Positions 48,241 through 62,077 of a DNA stretch of 64,000 nt are shown piece by piece (position 1 is the first letter of the stretch; the number at the start of each line of letters is the position of its first letter). The position numbers and the translations under genes were made by a program. Origin of the DNA: Chrysemys picta bellii (Eukaryota); NCBI RefSeq assembly GCF_011386835.1, contig NC_088803.1, forward strand, positions 41,168,001 to 41,232,000, read 5' to 3'. A model generated the notes under the pieces. The model saw only the letters and a program-made list of their open reading frames with translations, was not told the DNA's origin and searched no databases.

Positions 48241-50332
48241 CAGTGTATCCATACATGAAGTAATCCCTTTGGGCCTCCATTGGTGTAAATGGGTGTACAG
48301 CAGTTACATTGGTGAAACTACACCCATTTACACCAGTTGGCGATCTAACCCACTGAGTTTGATAGAATAACCTGTGTTGTAAACATGAGTAAGGACACCA
48401 CAACTATCTCTGATTACTCAGGGAAAAATTCTCCTTGACTTCAATGAGAACTGTGCGTGAGTAGGCTCTTCAGAATTTCACCTTTGTATATATTTTTTAA
48501 CTCTCCTTGTAGCTCATTTGCAGTGATTTTTTTTTCTGTTCTTTATGCTGCAGCAGTCATCCATCGGGTTGTGGTTACTCCCTGGTGGCTTGCAGAGAAC
48601 AATAACACAGGTGAAAAAATGTCCAGTCATATATTTCAGTCGTTTGACTTACTCGTCCATCTCTCTGGCATATACCTTTACCTGCTTGTTTATTTACATG
48701 TTAATGTGTAATTATTTCTGGATCTACATGTTTAGCAGGACATGGAAATAAGAGAATAATCTGTGGATAGTGGAAGTATATCATTTTGATTTACAGCCTA
48801 ACATTTAAATGTTTTGAGGTCAGACCTCTGAGAAAATAATTCACAACTGGATATATAGCTTCTACATACTGTACATTTATTGCCAACAAGTACAACACAG
48901 ATTGTTTTTTACGCACCTGCTTTTATTGCTTATGTTAGATGCTGTTGCAGGATAGTTCACATAAACATTTATATAGGTTTTAGAAAACAGTTGTTACTGA
49001 GGAAGAAGCTTTTTCTGTTTACACAAATTCAGAACAAAGACACGGTGCCGGAGCTTCCTGTAATTGACATGTGGGCGTGTTTTTTTTCAAGTCACTGACT
49101 GGAAGAAGTGAGTGTCTGAGATTTATTCCTGACAGGACTTAAATTACTGGTAGCCTGACACATTTGTGAACAATTACTAGACACTGAGGTGTTTAAAGTA
49201 ATGGGTACTGTTTGCTCAAGGGATGGGGAAGTTTCAAAACCATTAAAACAAAACAATTTTCCATTTGATTAGTAAAAAGCAAATGCATACATTTATTTTA
49301 CTAAAAGGCACATACAGATTTGACTCCTTTAAATAATTTTTTCCCCCTTCACATTCATGTGCTTAAAAATTCCCTTGTTTGCATTAAGCTTCTAAACATG
49401 AGGTATAACCACAAGTCATCTGAGCTTGTAGTCAGTTATTAGAATGTGCCTTTTCTGAGCTGGTAGTGTCCCAAAAGGTGAATTCACTAGAGATTTCTTA
49501 ATTAGAAAAGGGTCTTATTTTTAAGTTGCCCCCCAAAAATTTCAAAGCAGCAATTTTCATCTTCCCTTTTCATTTTCAGTTTGGAATTATGTACGTAAAG
49601 TGATCTAAAGATTATCAACCCATTTGTTTCAGTTTAAGCTGTAGCAAATATTTAAGGAAAATACACCGTTTCTTCATCTGCTTAATTAAACACAATTATT
49701 TATTTATTTATGACTCTTAAGGGTAAATGTTACATTTATTTGCTGCATTTACATTCATTATTGATACACACTGACTCGTTCCAATCCCTCTTTTTAGGAG
49801 CTGGTTCTAGGAAGTATACACCCTACCATACTCTTTTTGGCTGACCTATGAGGGACAAAACCTTTTTAATCATCACCTGAGTGATTCTTACCATGATAAG
49901 GAAATGTATTATTGCCCTTGATTGCAAGAGATTTTTAGGAAGCATCCTGAAAACACAATGAACCAAGTCTGCATGCTTTCATCCATTTTCCCTCATTAAT
50001 CATGATCTGTTACTGTACAGCTACTGTTTTTGCAATTCATATTTTTTTCTGCTGTTCTGTGATGAAAGTGAATAAACATATTAGAACTACACACATCTAC
50101 TAAGAGTCAAAAATAAAGGCTTGAGATGACTAATATAAATCACTATTTAAGAGAGGGCTAGTAAGTCAGCTACATTCCTATCCTAATGGCTAGAAGCTAG
50201 ATGGTTGCTCCTTGCTGAATCAATACAAATGTTTCAATTTGGTTTTTAATGCTGCATGGGGCTGTGTAAAAATCTGTATGAAATGTATTTACTAGTAATA
50301 GCTTAGGGTCTAAACTTCTGAGACCTCACGCC

Positions 50333-50495
50333 CAATATTGCCAATCCCACACATTCAAAAATCTTGAGCCAAGCACCACAAAATCATGTGATTGGCTTAT
50401 GCTTCTCAAAACTGAAAGCTAAGATTCCTATGTAATCACATGGCTCCAGGAGCTGGGGCTTTTAGAAAAAAAGTCAAATATTGGGAGTCTTACAA
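50333..50495 (+). mobile_element. CA(G/A)TATTGCCAA-family DNA element, left part
   Basis: Starts caatattgccaatccc..ttcaaaaatcttgag..aaaatcatgtgattggctta. Confidence 0.5.
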
Positions 50496-51181
50496 AACAC
50501 TTGTGTTGGTAGTCCTGCTCACAGTTGGAGTTCAGCACCTCACAGGATCAGATCCTTTTTGCTTATTGTACTATTATATACTTAGGCATCTCCCCATACA
50601 AATTAATCTTTCTATTCCCCCTCAAGATTTAGGGAAATGCTTGAATTGTCAGAGTTGCTTATTTCTGCCCACCAAGCACTTTGCTGGCACTTCAATAACT
50701 CACGCACATAAGACCTGTGCATCCTTAGCTTCTGATACATTTTAGTGGCCCATGGGCAAATTCAGCTATCAGGGTTCCCTGAGCCCCTTAAATGTAGCAG
50801 GTTTCCACCACTGTCATCTCTGTAATTGACCATACCCTATGGAGCAACGTGGAACACCAAACTCTTCCAGATAGTTAGTAGCACACCAGGTGTACTGCAG
50901 ACTCAGAGGCAAGCTCTCTCATGACTGACTGAAAGGAGTGGGAAGGCTGACAGAAAGGAAAGGGTGTGACTACTGTAGCTATGATGGCTTAGGCAGTGAG
51001 AACAGAAGATCAATGCAGTAATTCCTTACTCAAGGACCCTTCAAGTACTATCTAATCCTTTATTAGAGGACAATTAAGTTCTGGCCTGTAGATCTCTCTA
51101 GCCAGAGTTGAGTTCTACCATCTGTAGTCTCATTGGTGGCCACTCTGCATTGTCCTCCTGTTACCCAGTCATAGTGTTAGC

Positions 51182-51411
51182 CAGGGCCAGCTCCAGGGTT
51201 TTGGCCACCCCGAGCAGCCAAAACAAAAAACAAACAAACAAAAAAGCCACGATCGCGATCTGCAGCGGCAATTCGGCAGGAGGTCCTTCGCTCCCAGGCG
51301 GAGTGAGGGACCGTCCGCCGAATTGCCGCCGAATACCTGGACATGCCGCCCCTCTCCGGAGCGGCCGCCCCAAGCACCTGCTTGACAAGCTGGTGCCTGG
51401 AGCCGGCCCTG
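51182..51411. mobile_element. hAT-type MITE (230 bp)
   Basis: TIRs cagggccagctcc and ggagccggccctg; perfect 8-bp TSD GTGTTAGC at 51174-51181 and 51412-51419. Confidence 0.92.
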
Positions 51412-53944
51412 GTGTTAGCCTCAGACCTGATTACAAGCTACTACAGCTGTATAATGCTTTTACTACTATGACTGTGACCTTCTGTCAATATTGCCTAATT
51501 CCTACTCAAGACTCTGCTTCCTCACCTGGGTCCCAGGCTTGCTGTTGCTGCTGCGACAGTCCAAGTAAGACCTAGCAGCTGGCCTATGACCCTTTGAGTC
51601 ACCCCTCGGGAGGGGAAGCAAATGAGTGAATTGGCTCTTCCATAGATTCATCACACTAGCTTTGCAGCTGACAATGGCTTTGATTAAAGGATCTGCAAGC
51701 ATTGCACAAGTGCCAAAGCAGACAGAATGTGCCTGATTTCTAAAACTGTCCCCCAACACTTGTAATTCCAGTTTTTCACCTGTGAATATCTGCTGACACA
51801 AAATTGGAGTTATAATTAACAAATGTAAAGCAGAATCTCTTCAGTTTTGCTGCATTCAAGGCCTTCTTGAATGCAGCAAAACTGCATTCAAGAATAGTGC
51901 TTGAGCTACCTAACTTGTATGTGCAAATACACATGTGCACATGCAAATAGGAACATTCACAAAGTGTATGTGTCTGTAAAGACAGAAGGTGGTTTGATAA
52001 CAGATGAAAAATTGGCCTTAGTGGTGCTGTATGGTGGATGGATATTGGGAAATAATGGTGAATGTTGTAAAAGGACTATAACCTCACTGCAGAATGAGGA
52101 CTCCTATCCCTCTGCTGGCATGACCTAGGAACATGCTCTCAGGATTCCTTTCCTGCCAGAAGGTCTGTCTCTGGCAACATTTCTAAGGATGCTCAGATCT
52201 GTGGTTAAAGAGAGTATATAGGTGTTGAGTTTTTTAACTGGTACAAAGGAAAATAAGTCCATGGACAGGAAGGGTCAATAGAAGTAACTTCAGCCAATAT
52301 GGAATCAGTACAGGCAATTCCTGTAGCACAGCTGTAATAAAGATGTAGGTAGGAGTTCTGGTGAGAGTCTAATCTCTGTTTCCCGGCCAGAGTCACATGG
52401 CATAGATCAAAGTTATATCCTGGCTCAAGAGCACTCCACATTGGACTAATTCTGCTTCTGCTGAAAACAATGGGAGTAGAATTAGGCTAACACTGAGCGT
52501 TTCTGAAAATCCCCTCCTATGTGTAGAACACCCCCGCCATATCAGTTAGCCAAACTGCCACCTGCACTTCATTCAAGTCCCTCTTAAACTCAGCAAGCTT
52601 CACAAGGAGTTAGTTTTTATTCCCTGCTTCTTGTTTTCCCAGCACATCCCTCCTTGATTCATCAGGCTGTTAAACACTTGGCAGCATATTGTTGGCACTA
52701 AACAAATAATAAAAATAACAAAAATAAAACATTACATAAAATGCAACTATTTTAACATGCTGCATTCTGTCTCAAGGAAACGTCAGGCACATTAGCAAAA
52801 AAGATCACTGTAAGGGTATCGTTTCACCCCGGGGATTACATTTTTTTGCCATCTTGCTCTTTTTGTTATTGATCTGGGGGAAAATCAAATTACAAATGCT
52901 CAAAACTTTGCATCCCCTTTTAAAATTATCCAGGGTGGTGCCTCTTCTGCAGTTTTGCTCACATGTTAATAAATTTTTCTCATTTGTGAGAGTCACTGAA
53001 CAGAGCCTGTGAATTGTTTTACCCAGTAGGGGGTAGAGCAATAATGAAGCATTGTGATTAAGTAGTGTTGGAACCTCTTGTCTTCCTCACTGAGTGGGAG
53101 GCACCATTAGTAGTAAAAGTAATTACCTGTGTAGAACATGCTGATTGCATTGAGTATCTACTACATGATACCAAGAGTCTTGTAAACTTTAGGGGCTGTA
53201 AGAGATCTTCATTTGCTAATTTCACATTTTAAGCAGCAGCACATTGTTTTTTAATGTGTTGGTGTCTAAATTACAAATAAACTTTGTAAAGAGCTTCCCC
53301 CCCCCCCAAGAAAATGATTTTCTCATCAATGGTTGTTTTGAAAAAAAATGGAAGTTCTGAAAATCACACAGAACAAATGAAGTGTAAAAGCGATATATGA
53401 ACTAGAAATGGGAATGAGCTACGAAGATGGACTCAAGATACCAAATATCCCTACAGTTTAGAGATGATCCTTTGGAGCTAGATTGTGGTGCTGTCAATGG
53501 GAACTGAAATGAACTGAAATGTGAACTGTCAATGGGAAATACCTGTGAATAGGGTACTGCTCAATGAGAGTTGGTGGCTCACAATGACCTGAAACTGCAT
53601 GCAGACTAATTGTTAGTAAAGATCGCGCCCAGATACTAAAGCACAAACCTCCTACTTTTTGAGTTCAGCTCAAGGAAAATTCCTTTAGCTGTGGATATAT
53701 TGCATGTTATAGTTGCTGGTGCCAGCCATTTAAGGGAGACATTCTCACATGCATTGAACCAGACTACGGTATACTCCCTCCTGAGTACCTGAACTTAATA
53801 AGGGTTTATGTTCCATCTGGGTGGGGCACTTCATAATAAACCATGACCACATACATATAGACATCATGGATATAAACAGAGATGAAATCCTGGGCCTAGA
53901 GGTCTCTACCAGTTGACCTACAGATCATACCTCAAGGTGGATCT

Positions 53945-54010
53945 TGTAGCTCAGGTGGTAGAGACCAATATTCGTGATGTTGAAAGTCCCAAATTCAATC
54001 CCCACTGGTC
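53945..54010 (+). mobile_element. Degenerate tRNA-derived SINE head
   Basis: A-box-like tagctcaggtgg and B-box-like aattcaatccc; no acceptor stem. Confidence 0.4.
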
Positions 54011-55557
54011 AGCATGGTGTGTGCATTTAGGCCATCCAAGGTTCATAATAGTTTTGATCTAAAGCCTGTTGAAGTCAATGGAAAGATTCCTATTGACTTC
54101 AGTGGGTTTTGGATCAGACTCTACATTAAGGTCCAAGGTCTGGGTTTGGGTCCTTTCTTAACATCACATGCAGCACTCTGACTCTTGTGAAAAGCACATT
54201 ACTAACTTGGCAATGAACTAAGGAGTGGGTGACTATTTATGTGTTAATATAGAGTCAAGAATATCAGTCCACTCAACTGAGAGCAGAGAGCAGACAGAGG
54301 AAAAGGGCGTGTTTTTCTCTTTCATTTTATTCATTTCATTTTATTGCATTTTATTATTTATGGATTGTTCCAGCTATTTTTGGAAGGATACTGAGGCATA
54401 TTGATTTGATGATTGGGATAGGGCTTTAATGAATGTAGCAAACTCATTGAACGGGTTGTTTAATTCTCTACCATGGTCTGACCGGACAAAAGCCTGTCAC
54501 AAGAAAGGTAAATCTGTGAGAAGTCTGTTTAGTCAACAGGTTTCCTAAATGTAGTTATTTTCTGAATTTTTTGCTGTTTGCATTGACACAAATAAACCTA
54601 AAACATATTTTTTTTAAATTAAGTTCAATTTTCTTGCAAAATAATTTAGTTGTAATATGTTTGTAATATTTCAGAATTACAACTACCCATTTTTTCTCCT
54701 AAATATTATCTTTGTTTTCTCCTAAATATTATCTTTGTTTTATTTTTTTGGTTTATCGTCTATATACTTTTTTATAGACATAGAGTCCTGAGCAAAAGCA
54801 ATTGTGATCACTAGTAAAACATTTGAGAAATATATTCAGTTGGTATTTTTAAGATGCTACATTCACAGCTGTGGATATACAGTATAAATAATCCTCCACA
54901 AAATACTTAGGGATTTTATGACTACAACAGCCTCAGATAATGACTAGAAGCATGTGAAAACTGGCAGTTTCCATTGCAGAAGTTCATGCAAAAATTTTGT
55001 TCAGTCTCCGTCTACATGCATCCTACTTAACATACAGGTAAAGAAAAGAAAAAAGTCCAAAAGCTTGAATGAAAATTCAGACAAAATTCAGATAAAATTC
55101 AGCGAGTTACACTCCGTTTGGGGTAGGGCCATGCAATACTGCACATTTTGCATGGTTTTGATGTAAAAACATAAATGTGCCTTGGTCGAATCAAAACTGG
55201 GCCTGTGCAGATTTGCTTAAACTGGTCCTACTTTGATCCAAAATGTGTGTGAGCCTTAGCAAATCTTTTAGCAAACCAGGCCTGAGTTTGGAGTTTAACT
55301 AAAACTAAAATCAGGCACATTTTGCATGTCACTGAGCTATGTTGTGCTCATTTCCCACATCTCTAGCGATAAGAAATATCTAGACCTATATTTGTAAATA
55401 TCTACTGTTCACCTACAGAGCTGACAGTGTCTAACTATCTTCAAGCAAACCAACTATACTATTCCCAGTCCTTTAACCCGGCACAGAAGTCATAGTGAAA
55501 CATCTCCTTTTCTGGAAATATAAATAATGGCTTGTTATGATTGGTTTAGCATTCTAA

Positions 55558-55819
55558 GGCTATGTCTATACAGCCCTACCATTCAGACTACAGGGGGGCG
55601 AATAGCAGTGCCCGCCAAAGTGCTGCACTGTAACTCCCCCTTGTGGATGCTGCAGGTGTGAACTAAAAGGTTCAAATAGGACTACATTAATGTGAACTAG
55701 GAACCTTTTAGTTCGTGCCCACAGCATCCACACGGAGAAGTTACAGTGCAGCACTTTGGTGCGTGCACTGCCTTTTACGCCTCCCGTAGTCTGAACTGTG
55801 GGTTGGTGCAGACAAGCCC
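55558..55819. mobile_element. Fold-back Harbinger-type MITE
   Basis: TIRs ggctatgtct and agacaagccc; TAA TSD at 55555-55557 and 55820-55822; long internal inverted arms. Confidence 0.88.
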
Positions 55820-55839
55820 TAAGTCCTTTTGAAGTCTTA

Positions 55840-57085
55840 TAGGGTTACCATTCGTCCGGATTTACCCGGACATGTTCTCCTTTTTGTGTTAAAAATAGCG
55901 TCCGGGGGGGAATTTGTAAATCACTCAAAATGTCCGGGATTTCCCCCCCCAGGCAGAGCAGAGCGAGCGGCTGGGAAGGCTGCAGGAAAGTCAGCCTCTC
56001 GCCTGGGGCTCTGGCAGCCAGAGCCCTTCCCCCTGCAGCTTGCTGGGACTCCGGAGCAGCTGTAGAGCTCCTCCTCCCCGCCCCCCTCCCTCCCTGCATT
56101 CTGAGCCGGCCGGGCCGTTTGCATTGCCTCGGCAGCTCCTCCTCCCCTGCAGCCCAGCGCCCCGCTCCGGCAGCACTGTGCAGGGGCAGGGACCGGGTTG
56201 TGTGTTGCGCTGGGGAGCGCAGCCACATGTCCGGCTCCGCACAGAGCCCAACACCCTGTTCTGAACGGCAGGGTAAGGGGGCCAGGGGGCAGGAGAAGGG
56301 GCAGGGAGATTTTGGAGGGGGCAGTCAAGAGACAGGGGGGCTTTTGGGGGGGGGGGATGGATAAGGTTTTGGGCAGTCAGGGTACAGGTAGGGGGTAGGG
56401 TCCTGGGGGGCAGTTTGGGGGGGGTCTTAGGAGGGGGCAGTCAGGGGACAAGGAACAGGGAGGCTTAGGTAGGGGGTGGGGTTCTGGAGGGCAGTTAGGA
56501 GCAGGGGTCCCAGGAGGGGGCAGTCAGGGGACAAGGAGTGGGGGGGGGTGTTTGGGAGTTCGGGGGGGGCTGTCAGGGGGCAGGGGTGGGGAGAGGGATC
56601 GGAGCAGTCAGGGGACAGGGAGCAGAGGGGTTTAGATGGGTCGGTAGTTCTGGGGGGGGCTGTCAGGGGACAAGGAGCGGGGAAGAGGGTTGGGAGTTCT
56701 GGTGGGGGCTGTCAGGGGGTGGGGAGTGGTTGGATGGGGCGTGGGAGTCCCAGAGGTCTGTCTGGGGGTGGGGGTGTGGATAAGGGTTGGGGCAATCAGG
56801 GTACAGGTAGGAGTAGGCTCTTAGGGGGCCAGTTAGGATGTGGGGAGGGTCTCAGGAGGGGGCAGTCAGGGGACAAGAGGCAGGGAGGCTTAGGTAGGAG
56901 GTGGAGTCCTGGGAGGCAGTTTGGGGCAGGGGTCCCAGGAGGGGGCAGTCAGGGGACAAGGAACGGGGAAGGGTTGGGAGTTCTGAGGGGGGCGGGAAGT
57001 GGGAGGGGCAGGGGCGGGGCTAGGGCAGTACGGGGGCGGGGCTCTTCCCGTCCTCTTTTTTGCTTGCTGAAATATGGTAACCCTA
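55840..57085. mobile_element. hAT-Blackjack-like non-autonomous element (1246 bp) with G-rich internal repeats
   Basis: TIRs tagggttaccat and atggtaacccta; perfect 8-bp TSD AAGTCTTA at 55832-55839 and 57086-57093. Confidence 0.9.
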
Positions 57086-58392
57086 AAGTCTTAGCATAAT
57101 ACAACCACACTCAACTGCTAGGGGATACCTTTTAAAGCCTTCCCCATTATGTTTAATGTTGGCCGCCCTTTTGTAGGCATATTTTTCACTGCTAGTAACT
57201 ACCAATGGAAATGTTTAAAACTTGAAAATACATTTTAAAAGGATGCCTTTAACTGGTGGTAGCATCCAAAGTGAAATAAGACATTTTGGACCCCATTGTA
57301 CTGGATGCTGTACAAACACAAAAAAGACAATCCCCCTGATCCACTACTGATTAACATCTACAAAATTACAGATGTATATTATACGCACACAAATAGAAGC
57401 CAGGCCTTGCTTTATAACATATATTCAACAAAGGACAACATTTTTGTTTGTAATGTGGGCACTTCCACCTATACTACAGTTTGCTAAACTAATAGATTGT
57501 AGTGAAATGTGGGTATTGTATATATTGGTCCCAACCTGTAATAGCACAGACTTACAGTGAATGCAGATATTGTACTAGGATTATACACACAAGAAACAGG
57601 CCAGGATTTTCAATATTTCAAAGTACTGTAAAATCTGAGCGGTTTTGGAGCTACGTAGGCATGCATGTGCCTATTCAGCACCAACAAAAACATTACAGTC
57701 TATGTTTTAGGAACAGTATCCAACATCTGTTGGAGTCTTGGTTCATGCCCATTGCTTTCTTAGATACAGAGAAATACAACTCCAAGCAAATAAATATACA
57801 GGAGGGAGTGAAATGAGATGTTTTGGTCCTAGTTAGTTTGTTTGTTTAAAAATAAAATATAACAAATATTTTTGGCTTGGAAATGTTATTTGGGTTTACA
57901 GTCCTTCTCATAATATGCAAGTATGTCACATCCAATATTTTTCTTCATAAAAGTGCACCCCAGACAACATTAAAAAAATGGGAAAAGAAACAGATCCTAA
58001 GCCCTGGACTGCGTAATGAAATTAGCAAAGAAAAATTCCAAATCTGCGATGGGGTAGGGGGGAAAGACTTGAACACCTGATGTTCATTAGTTGAGGGGTT
58101 GGGGAACTGTTGACTTGAAGGCTTGGACAGAAACTGTTAGCATGATGTGGATTTAATTACTTTTAACAGTATTTGAAAATAAAGGGAAGAGAAACCTGAT
58201 TAGGGAAAACATTTCAGATTTTCTTATAATTCTTTCAAAGTCCACAAACCCAAAAAATAGACCTCATCAGCCACACATTGCCACACCTGTCAGGCAGGAT
58301 TTGTCTTGTGGACAAGACTAGAATTCAGGAGATCGGTGCTCAGTTCTTGACTCTGTCACAGACACTTAGTGTGACCTTCATCACGTAACTTA

Positions 58393-58650
58393 GGGTATGT
58401 CTACATTGTGATAAAAGACCCGCATCTGGCCTGCGTCAGCTCGCAGGGCTTGGGCTGCAAGGCTATCAAATTGCAGTGAAGATATTTGGACTCGGGCTGG
58501 ACCCTGGGCTCTGATACCCCATGAGAGGGGAAGGTGTCAGAGCCCAGGCTCCCGTCTGAGCCTGAACATCTACACTGCTATTTTTATCCCCACAGCCTGA
58601 GCCCCATTAGCCTGAGTCAGTTGGCCCCGGGCTCTGAGACTCAGTGCCAG
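58393..58650. mobile_element. Harbinger-type MITE inserted in a MIR
   Basis: tta|gggtatgtctaca start, directly after MIR-like ctctgtcacagac..tgtgacc; right end eroded. Confidence 0.6.
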
Positions 58651-59394
58651 TGCAGGGCCAGAATCTGATGCCCTGACTCACACTGAGAAGTACGGTACCT
58701 CTCAAGTAGTTCCAGTGAATTGAAATTCAGAATAATATACTACTTACCTTGAGTAAGAGCATCAGAATCTTATATTCAATCTGTCTGTAAATTGGGGGGT
58801 AATAATGTTTCTCTTCTCCTACCCTCCTTCTATCTTGTTTCTTTAGTTTGTAAACTCTTTGAGGCAGGCATTTCCTGGCAGGAGGAACTCCACCGAGTAA
58901 CACTAAGTTCTTGTAAAAATGAGACTCCATCCCTTCAGGACAAGGGTAATTTTCAAGAACCAGGACTATAGTGGATTGTAGCCCCTTGCTGAGCCCACAG
59001 TTCATTATTATATCCCATACTGCCTGAACAATTTATATGCTGTGGCCCTCTCACCACTATTGTGTGTCCACAAATTAGTCACCCGCTAATGAAATGCTAC
59101 CACCACTGGGGTGCAAGAAGGCAATCATTCTGTGCTGGCAATACTTATACTCATCGTCACATACTTTTAGCGAGAATAAGGCTGCTTGGAGTTTTTTTTT
59201 TTCATTGTATATTTGTATTGCAGTGTGTGATTCTTAATAGGATTATTGTGTCAAACTTGTTTTGGCTGCTGAAATGTTTCTTAGGTGTTCTACATCCAAA
59301 AAGGAACTATCTATCTATGTTAGGGTCTTATATGGCTCCCACTACAATAGCATCTGATTGCTTCACAATCTGTAATGTCGTTATCTTCACTATG

Positions 59395-59560
59395 CCCCTG
59401 TGAGCTACGGGAGTACCATTTTACAGATGGGGAAACTGAGGCACAGAGAAACTAAGTCACTTGCCCAAGGTTACACAGGAAATCTGTAGTAGAGCAAGGA
59501 ACTGCACCTAGGTCTTCTAAGTCCCAGGCTGGTCCCCTAACCATTGGAACATCCTACCTT
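59395..59560 (-). mobile_element. MIR
   Basis: ccattttacagatggggaaactgaggcacagaga..taagtcacttgcccaaggttacacag is a well-preserved CORE domain. Confidence 0.75.
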
Positions 59561-61829
59561 TCCATTCCCCTGAGGGAAGTCCATCTTAGTACAGGTAGAG
59601 TGGTCTCCTAGCAACACCATACACCCATGTTTTTATGAGGGAGAACTTATACAATTAAAATGACAGATGAAATTTAGAAAAGAAAAGTGCAATTACCCCA
59701 GTGGGAATTTGGCCAGTTCACTGACTTTAACATCCCATCTCTTATGTGAATACGGAGCTTACAGCCAACAAAACAAAGTACATGATTCCAGTTTACATTC
59801 AGGAGCCTAAAAGTTGTGAACTATGCTAAAAACAAACTATTGTGAGAAAATAAGTGCCAATCTTCCTGAAAATTGTATAGCTGACTCTGCAATCATGGGA
59901 AGTCTTCAAGGCTGTTCCTGACTTGGCTGCCAGTTTACATGGCAGGGAAACAGCCATTTTGCTCTAGTGAAATAATTCTTTTAAAAGGCCCATGAAGAGG
60001 AGGTTTTCTCTTCCTGCTTGAAACAAGTTTAATTTTTCAGCTGGGCTGCATTTCTGAACCACCTTCAGGAGCCACTGTCTGGCTGAGACAATGCATTGTT
60101 CCCATTTTATGGATGGAGAAAATACAGCACAAATGAGTAAGGCCACCAGAAGGAGTGAAAGAAGATGGATAAGAACTAAGGTGTTTGTGGCTCCCAGGCC
60201 ACTAACCTCACCCTGCTTCTCATTAAACACAATGTTTAATTCTTAAGCATTAAGGGACAGATTTTTTTAAAAAGAGCTCAGCACATAGCAGTGGCTATTT
60301 AGGAACCTAAATAGGGGACTAGATTTTCAAACAAACTTAGCGACCATTTAGGCACTGATCTAGCTGAAGTGATCAGATTTTCAAAAGTGCTCTGCTCCCA
60401 GCTCCTCCCATTGGGAGCAACGGGTGCTGAGCTCTTTTGAAAATCTGACTATTTCAGCGAGGTGCCTACATGGGAGCTGGGCTCTTTTGAAAATCTGGCC
60501 CTGAAGGCCTGATTTCTGAAATACAGCTTCCACTTTTGAAGACACAATTTTTCAGTCACAGTTAATTACAGGCACAGCAATGCAGTTAGACATCTACATG
60601 CTTATCATTTTGCCTATTACAATGGAAACCAGGTTTAAAAATCTGGCCCCAACTGGAATCTCATGTACAGTCTCAGTTGAACTCCAGTTCTGATGGTATC
60701 ACAAATAAAATTGCTTCTCAACACAGTTATGTGTGGTGGACTTCCATAACATTTCAATTGAAATGACATTTTATTTTCAAGTGACAGTTTTCATATTCTA
60801 CATAGTACATGAACATTCAGATCATTGCAATGAGAGAAATGTTACGCGTCTTCTTTTTAGGCTGATAATAATGCAGTCATCCAAAATCAGAAATGGAAGA
60901 CTTCCCTATTAGAAATTATTGAAATTAAAATTTTGGAACAAAAGCACTTTTAGTCAAACTCTAAGATATTGGACTTTCTTATAGACTTGTATTTCATGCC
61001 AATACAGCTTCAGATTTAAACAATCCCAAGTAACTTTAGTGACCCCATAAAAGGGACAGAATAAAATAAGAAATAGTGGGAGAAATTCTGCCTTCACTTG
61101 GCCTCTCTGGGATTGGATGAGAGTAACTATGGGCAGAATTTAGCTTCTCTGGTATAATTTGGCCAAACATTTGGGGAGAAATATTCTTCCAGCAGTTTGA
61201 CTGGTACTTTGTTGCAGCTGTAGCCAGAAGTGTCAATGTGAGTACTCATACACTTTAAGTTAAGCATGAATACAACATTTTTAGGGTTGGAAAGGGAATT
61301 TTGAGGGACACAAATCACAAATGAAACAACAAAATTCTTATGCAATATTTCATGAGGAAAGATTCACCATTGTCACATAGCTCTGACATTTAGCAGAGAG
61401 TCACTGATAACTACAGAACAACCTTAGCTCTATTAATTGTTGACAATGACACTGTACGTTAGAGCCTGAACATGTTTGTGTTGCTAGCCTGTTTGTCCCC
61501 AGATGCAGCCTTAAAAACAAGACATGACCTAAGGGATATATGCTGGAGGTTGCAGAAAAATACATAATATTCCCTAGCATGATGTGAGTGTTCCTTTCAA
61601 TAGCTACTTAGAAGCCTTTTATATTACTATATTATTATTCCTGTATTGCAGCCTTCCAAAATATGTCAACAGCAGTTCCACTGTATCAAACTTCACATTG
61701 CAGTTCCTTTCCTATTGTTGTTATTTATTTGTAGTATAGAAGCATCCAGCTATGATTGAGACCTCGTGCTGGGTGCTGTACAAACACAAAGTAAGAGACA
61801 GTTCCTGCCTTGAGGAGTATTTAGTCTAA

Positions 61830-62077
61830 GGCCTTCTCTACACTACACAGTTTTGTTGACAGTGGAGGTGTACACACTGAAGTGCTCTTCTGCTGCTGAT
61901 GCAACTCCCTTGCTATGCCAATGTATTTAAACCACCTCAACGAGAGGAATACGGCTTATGTCGGTATAGTTACGGCGACTCATAGTCTGTGAAGACAATG
62001 CGTTCCTTGCATCGGCAGTTGGCTGTCATTCTTGTCAATTTCACGCTCCGCCTACGACTTACAGATGAAGACTGTGC
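61830..62077. mobile_element. Degenerate Harbinger-type MITE
   Basis: taa|ggccttctctacact start; right end eroded. Confidence 0.45.

Noticed and set aside
48648-48740. Minus-strand donor GA|gtaagt with a short upstream frame
   Set aside because: No convincing acceptor and no recognisable peptide.
55829-57099. Cluster of Gly/Pro-rich ORFs; CRISPR-like repeat spacing
   Set aside because: Low-complexity G-rich interior of a hAT element; repeats are degenerate with related spacers, the context is eukaryotic, and there are no cas genes.
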